Positions 59,360 to 64,000 of a stretch of 64,000 nt of DNA are shown piece after piece (position 1 is the stretch's first letter; each line of letters begins with the position of its first letter). The stretch covers positions 153,375 through 217,374 of the forward strand of contig CAYLRU010000001.1 of the NCBI GenBank assembly GCA_964386565.1, written 5' to 3'. A program made the position numbers and the translations under genes. This stretch comes from an uncultured Desulfobacteraceae bacterium (lineage in GTDB: Bacteria; Desulfobacterota; Desulfobacteria; Desulfobacterales; UBA5616). The notes below the pieces were generated by a model that had not been told where the DNA came from, did no database searches, and was given only the letters and a program-made list of their open reading frames with translations.

Positions 59360-60415
59360 ATGACAGAAGACGTCTACAAGCAGCTCAGGGAATTTTTAGA
59401 CCGTCTGCCGGCAGGTTTTCCGGAAACACCTACCGGTGTTGAAATCAGGTTGTTAAAGAAGATGTTTACACCGGAACAGGCGGTGTTGACCATGAAGTTG
59501 AAAAACGAGCCTGAAACAGTGGCCGAGATAGCCGGTCGCACCGGCATGGATGAGGCCCAATTGTCCGAAAAGCTGGAGCAGATGGCCAAAGACGGCCTGA
59601 TATTCCGCGTTCGGGAGGGTGATTTGCGCAAATACCGGGCGTTTCAATTTGTTGTCGGCCTGTATGAATTTCAACTCAACCGACTGGACAGGGAGTTCTG
59701 TGAGATGTTTGAGGAATACATGCCGTACATGGGGTTGTCCATGGCTTCCCTGAACACCAGCCAGTTGCGGGTGATACCGGTGGAATCCTCCCTTAAGAGT
59801 GATGCCGGGGTGGCACCGTATAACCGGGTTCGGGAAATGATCGATAAGGAGGAAATCATCTCGGTAACCGATTGTATCTGTAAAAAAGAGCAGGGCATTA
59901 TGGGGAACCCATGTACCAAGCCCATGGAAGTCTGCTTGATGTTCGGGGAATTCGCCCGGTTTTATATCGACAACAACAATGCCCGGCAGATTGACAGGGA
60001 CGAGGCCTGCAAGATCCTGGATATGGCCGAGGAGAACGGCTTGGTTCTAAGTCCCACCAATTCACAGAAACTGTCGGCTATCTGCTGCTGTTGCACCTGT
60101 TGCTGCCCCACGCTTAAAAACATCAAGCCTTTTCCGAATCCCGGAGAGATGGTGATGTCCTATTACCGATCCACCATTGATGGAGAATTGTGCACCGGGT
60201 GCGACGAGTGTATCGCGATTTGCCCCATGGATGCCATTGTGGATGAAGACGGCGTTTCCGAGGTGCTGGTGGAGAGATGCATCGGGTGCGGGCTTTGCGT
60301 CAACCGATGCCCGGTTGAGGCCATCTCCATGCAGGCGCGTGCGGACAAAACAGATGCGCCGCCCAGGACCTTTGATGAGGTTATGGATCGTATCTCGGCG
60401 GAACGGGGCATTTGA
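59360..60415 (+). CDS. Fe-S protein with N-terminal winged-helix-like region, Cys-rich middle and C-terminal 2x[4Fe-4S] ferredoxin
   Basis: 351 aa with CTGCDECIAICP and CIGCGLCVNRCP. The middle region has CICKKEQGIMGNPCTKPMEVC and CCCCTCCCP. SD GGGAGG is upstream. Confidence 0.7.
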   Translation: MTEDVYKQLREFLDRLPAGFPETPTGVEIRLLKKMFTPEQAVLTMKLKNEPETVAEIAGRTGMDEAQLSEKLEQMAKDGLIFRVREGDLRKYRAFQFVVGLYEFQLNRLDREFCEMFEEYMPYMGLSMASLNTSQLRVIPVESSLKSDAGVAPYNRVREMIDKEEIISVTDCICKKEQGIMGNPCTKPMEVCLMFGEFARFYIDNNNARQIDRDEACKILDMAEENGLVLSPTNSQKLSAICCCCTCCCPTLKNIKPFPNPGEMVMSYYRSTIDGELCTGCDECIAICPMDAIVDEDGVSEVLVERCIGCGLCVNRCPVEAISMQARADKTDAPPRTFDEVMDRISAERGI

Positions 60416-60578
60416 CAACCGGGGTGATCTTTATGGATGATCACATGACCCGATTCCCTGAAAGGGAACCGGGCATTTCCGGCGACGGCGCCGTCGGGCA
60501 TGGAATTGTAGAAGCATTTCCCCGACCGTTTGAAGGGGCGCAATGTGTTACGTGAAGAATTTGCAAAAAACACCGGCC

Positions 60579-61043
60579 TCAGGCGTCCCGAGGATTTTGT
60601 TTTGACTTGATCAGTTCCGGGCTGATCACCAGCACCGGAACCGGGGAATATTTTACGGCATGGCCGGTGACGCTTCCGAAAATCGCCCGTTCAATACCGG
60701 TGCTGCTATGCCCCATCACAATCAGGTCGATATTTTCAGACCGGGTGTAGTTTATAATTTCATCAGCCGGACGGCCGATCAGAATTTTGGTTTTAACCGG
60801 AATGCCTTTAAAATGTTCGGCTACAAAGGCCTGGAATTTTTTTTCAGCCCCTTTGTAGATTTCGGTTTCAAAATTTCCGATATAAGCTGCTGAAATGTCG
60901 AGATTGGAGTAGTAGTGGGTGACATGAACGACATAAATGATATGTATTTCCGAATTAAACTTGTCGGTCATCTCCAATACATACGGGCATATTTTTGATG
61001 AGGCTTTGGACAAGTCTACGGGGAATAATATTTTCTTAAACAT
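60579..61043 (-). CDS. Universal stress protein (UspA family)
   Basis: 154 aa beginning FKKILFPVDLS, with the ATP-binding-type motif MGHSSTGIERAIFGSV. Confidence 0.8.
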   Translation of the reverse strand: MFKKILFPVDLSKASSKICPYVLEMTDKFNSEIHIIYVVHVTHYYSNLDISAAYIGNFETEIYKGAEKKFQAFVAEHFKGIPVKTKILIGRPADEIINYTRSENIDLIVMGHSSTGIERAIFGSVTGHAVKYSPVPVLVISPELIKSKQNPRDA

Positions 61044-61179
61044 GATAGTCCCTCCTTTTCCGGTCTGCCTGTGTCGACCCCGGAGGTTATTTGTTGCGGT
61101 CCATTTTAAAAACGGTTTTTGAAATAGTATTTACCATCTGACATTACAGATGCCGATGGTGGCCGAAAGGGCCATAAAA

Positions 61180-61214
61180 CCGGAAATCCGCTTTGAAGCG
61201 GTCCGGATTTTTTT
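61180..61214 (+). terminator. Rho-independent-type terminator with no upstream plus-strand gene
   Basis: CCGGAAATCCGC-TTTGAA-GCGGTCCGG is followed by ATTTTTTT. On the minus strand only TTTT follows the hairpin. Confidence 0.5.
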
Positions 61215-61220
61215 CCGGCA

Positions 61221-61245
61221 GCTTCTCGAAACAGCGTCGAGAAGC
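61221..61245. other. Perfect 9-bp inverted repeat
   Basis: GCTTCTCGA-AACAGCG-TCGAGAAGC lies immediately after the terminator-like hairpin. Confidence 0.5.
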
Positions 61246-61389
61246 ATGTGATAAATGCCGCTCGGCACTTCTCATTGAACAGATCGATACGTTTTTCGTT
61301 CATCTTGAACATGTTCATCAGGACCGGTTTGAAGCTGAGCGGCACTTAGTGCCCATAAAATAATACCGTTGTGAAAAATGTCAAAACAA

Positions 61390-61584
61390 CTAAGATAAAT
61401 CAGATTGAAAACGATTGTTTTGATGAGGTGGAGATACAGTCTGTTTTCCGCTTCTTCGGTTTTTTCCGCTTCTTCGCTCTTTGTGCCTGTTGGACGTTTT
61501 TTCAGTTGAAGGTGTTTTGGGCGTTCTCCTGTCGTGTCCGCTTCTTCTGTCAGATCCGGATCTGCGGTCCTTTTTTTCTGCCAT
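61390..61584 (-). CDS. Small basic protein (64 aa) with four RRSG repeats
   Basis: The ATG at 61584 is preceded by AGGAGG with a 7-nt spacer. The sequence is MAEKKDRRSGSDRRSGHDRR...KERRSGKNRRSGK. The track ORF start at 61644 lies upstream of the SD. Confidence 0.5.
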   Translation of the reverse strand: MAEKKDRRSGSDRRSGHDRRTPKTPSTEKTSNRHKERRSGKNRRSGKQTVSPPHQNNRFQSDLS

Positions 61585-61930
61585 AAACAAACCTCCTTTC
61601 TCCGGAAACGTGAAAAGGATTAAAGTACGTTTACATATAAACAATAATCAAAGGGGAAATCAAATAAAAACCGGCCTGTTTTTATTCTCGTACAAAATGT
61701 CGCTGTAAGCCATGGGAAGCCTTCTTTTACGGTTTCCTGTCTGAAGAAATAAGCATCATTCAAAAAACCCCATATGTATTCAGAAGATCATATCAAGATC
61801 AGTATAATTTCTAAATTTTTCCAATAAAAATGGTTGATTACAGAACAAGGATCATTTATACCCGGTATGGTTTCGATAACTGGATTATCCGTTTATCACA
61901 ATTGTACAACGTGGGAAAGGAGCCTGCTCT

Positions 61931-62563
61931 TTGCGGCCCAGATGGTTTTTAGTGCTGACTTTTTTTTGGATTCTCGGCATGGCCGATACAATCTACCTGA
62001 CGTATCACCATTACCAGGTGAACATCCTGATGCCGGCGGAAAAAAGTTTTTGCGTCATTAACGAAACCATTGACTGCGATAAAGCCGCAACCGGCACGGG
62101 GTCCACATTTATGGGCGTTCCCGTGGCCACGTGGGGTATGTTTGCATTCCTGTTTTTGATGGTGTTTGTTATGGTTGAACGGCTTTTATACTGGGAAATT
62201 CAAAAGGCACTGTATGGATTCTTATTTTTTATCATCTATCTGATGGCGGTTTTTTCCATGTATGAGGCGTTTATTTCTTTTTTTGTTCTCAAGGTGGTGT
62301 GCATCATGTGCACCATACTCTATCTTATCATGATCTTGATGCTGATTTCCTGTAAACGTGCATTGGGGATCACCCACCTGGAATTCATTCTATTATTACG
62401 CGACTTGTTTTTCAGGTCCTTTTCACGAAATTTGCTGAGGAAAGGGATATCCGTGACCATTATCGCCCTGGTGCTTTCCGGCATCGTCGCATTCGGCGTC
62501 GATCAAAAATTCCAGGCGATTTTTTCCTACCAGCGTGTTAACCTGATGCTGTCGGATCATTAA
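61931..62563 (+). CDS. Vitamin K epoxide reductase (VKOR)-family membrane protein
   Basis: 210 aa with a loop Cys pair (FCVINETIDC) and a membrane CxxC (VVCIMCT). The TTG start is supported by AAGGAG 9 nt upstream. Confidence 0.6.
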   Translation: MRPRWFLVLTFFWILGMADTIYLTYHHYQVNILMPAEKSFCVINETIDCDKAATGTGSTFMGVPVATWGMFAFLFLMVFVMVERLLYWEIQKALYGFLFFIIYLMAVFSMYEAFISFFVLKVVCIMCTILYLIMILMLISCKRALGITHLEFILLLRDLFFRSFSRNLLRKGISVTIIALVLSGIVAFGVDQKFQAIFSYQRVNLMLSDH

Positions 62564-62595
62564 CCGGCTTTTTATGCCGGGAAATGTCCGGTGCG

Positions 62596-62988
62596 TTACT
62601 TTACGGTTACAACGGGGCATGGGGCTTCCAAAATAACGTATTGAGCTGTTGACCCCATAATCAGTTTTCCTATTTTGGATCGATGCTTTACACCGATAAT
62701 GATTTCATCGATGTTGTTTTTCACGGCAAAATCCACCAGGTCTTCCCCGGGCGAAAGGCTCCTGATGGCGATATGGGTTTCACAGGGGATGCCGTCCTGT
62801 TTAAATCGGTCCTGAAGTTCATGCAACCGGTCCTGAAGTTCCTTAAGTTCATCCGTATGCAACTCTGGGCTGTGTCCTGATGCGGTAAAAATATTCACAT
62901 GGGCATTGAACGCCAAAGCATGTTTTCGGGCCAGTTCCAGGGATTTTGTCGAATTTTTCGTTCCGTCATAACCGACAAGTATTTTCAT
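62596..62988 (-). CDS. Universal stress protein (short UspA family)
   Basis: 130 aa beginning MKILVGYDGT, with GVKHRSKIGKLIMGSTAQYV. Confidence 0.8.
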   Translation of the reverse strand: MKILVGYDGTKNSTKSLELARKHALAFNAHVNIFTASGHSPELHTDELKELQDRLHELQDRFKQDGIPCETHIAIRSLSPGEDLVDFAVKNNIDEIIIGVKHRSKIGKLIMGSTAQYVILEAPCPVVTVK

Positions 62989-63137
62989 TTGTCATGTCCA
63001 TTTCCAGGAATTTAATAGAAATTAAAGCCAAAAATAAATAAAATGTTTCAGATCCGTCAATAAACAACCGGTTATTGTTGCTCCTGTTTTATCCGCCTGT
63101 TTGACCTGACGGGCAATATCCCGGTTGCCATGTGGAT

Positions 63138-64000
63138 TCAGGCGGATGCCCTTTTTAACGGCCTTCCCCCCCTTTTGCCGGTGGCCTTGCCGTTTTGGAT
63201 GGAAACGACGCCGTTTACCAACAGCCACTGGATACCGTCGGAATATTGATGAGGATCTTTATAGGTGGCGTGGTCCGCTATTTTGTCCTGGTCCCACACC
63301 GCAATATCCGCATAGGCGCCCTTTTCTATCTTTCCTCTCCCTTTCATGTTGAATTTTTCAGCCGGAAGGGAGGTCATGGAACGGACGGCTTCCTGAAAGG
63401 TCATGAGCTTTTCATCCATGACGAATTTCTTAAGTTTTTTAGGAAAGGTGCCATAGACCCGGGGGTGGGGCCGGGTAATCCCCTTTGGAATGGTCCATCC
63501 GTCCGAGGCGGTGATGATATAATCATGGGGCATCAGTTCTCTGACGATCCCGATGTCCTGAAAAAAATAGACTGCCACGGGCAGGTTATCTTCACATACC
63601 ATATCGGCGTAACTCTCGGCAGGGGTTCTTCCCTCGATTTCGGAGATCTCTTTAAGATTTTTGCCTTCATAGGATTTTTTCCCGGAATACAGGGTAATCA
63701 GTGTTTTTTCCGGGGGAAATGTTAAAAAAATGTCATTCATGACCTGAATAACCTGCTGTTTTCCCTCTTTGGTCTTGAATTCATCCTTGATACTGTCGCT
63801 GGTTTTCATCTCGTTGGGCAGCAGATGCGATATGATGGTCGAACCTGCCGCGTAAGGGTATTGATCGGCATGGAGATCAATGCCAGAAGACCTGGCCCGT
63901 TCAATCAGGCTGAGAACCTCGTCCGGTCGGACCTGGTTTATCGGCGCACTGATTTTAAGATGGGAAATTTGAATGGGTGTGTCGGCTTTTTGGCCGATTT
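63138..64000 (-). CDS. N-acyl-D-amino-acid deacylase (D-aminoacylase) family amidohydrolase, C-terminal part (the gene continues past the right edge)
   Basis: The track starts it at Met 63809, but my translation shows the frame stays open to 64000 (...ISHLKISAPINQVRPDEVLSLIERARSSGIDLHADQYPYAAGSTIISHLLPNEM...). That stretch is typical of the family. Confidence 0.8.
   Translation of the reverse strand, partial: IGQKADTPIQISHLKISAPINQVRPDEVLSLIERARSSGIDLHADQYPYAAGSTIISHLLPNEMKTSDSIKDEFKTKEGKQQVIQVMNDIFLTFPPEKTLITLYSGKKSYEGKNLKEISEIEGRTPAESYADMVCEDNLPVAVYFFQDIGIVRELMPHDYIITASDGWTIPKGITRPHPRVYGTFPKKLKKFVMDEKLMTFQEAVRSMTSLPAEKFNMKGRGKIEKGAYADIAVWDQDKIADHATYKDPHQYSDGIQWLLVNGVVSIQNGKATGKRGGRPLKRASA

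Noticed and set aside
61106-61345. 79-aa minus-strand ORF
   Set aside because: It would have to read through three strong hairpins including a T7 terminator. It has no SD and no recognisable family, so the region is treated as non-coding.

Overview
The 64-kb window reads as ordinary chromosome from an anaerobic, sigma-54-using bacterium. Two tungsten-type aldehyde:ferredoxin oxidoreductases, a split archaeal-style glutamate synthase, CooC and many Fe-S proteins suggest a sulfate-reducer-like Desulfobacterota, but that is inference only. I support about 52 protein-coding genes. I could not recognise any tRNA, rRNA, CRISPR array, transposase or prophage. The main blocks are as follows. (1) 1-4906, minus strand: an operon rich in deacylases (CooC-like ATPase, HDAC-family deacetylase, CBS+ACT protein, PrmA-like methyltransferase, MBL hydrolase, truncated Sir2/CobB). 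(2) 9.4-20.3 kb: a compact nitrogen-control cluster (GAF-type sigma-54 activator, glnA, glnK, amtB, glnD, glnE) with a textbook -24/-12 promoter. (3) 23.4-34.7 kb: a second -24/-12 promoter in front of a co-oriented run of three glutamine-amidotransferase systems (rewired split glutamate synthase, carA-carB, purF). (4) Two AOR clusters with unusual partner genes. (5) A FAH / MBL / HMG-CoA-synthase-like::DUF35 / SCP-x-thiolase cluster. (6) Stress and membrane genes at the right end. The least-explained signals are listed here. A roughly 80-nt structured repeat occurs twice in the same orientation upstream of genes. The AOR partner genes include a tandem class II aldolase-like protein with a 4-Cys insert, and a CrtI-like flavoprotein plus a small siroheme-motif Fe-S protein. 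The HMGCS-like::DUF35 fusion has no visible nucleophile Cys. There is a tiny RRSG-repeat protein next to an orphan terminator. There is also a CCCCTCCC motif in an Fe-S protein. All functional calls rest on motif reading by eye; no database search was possible.
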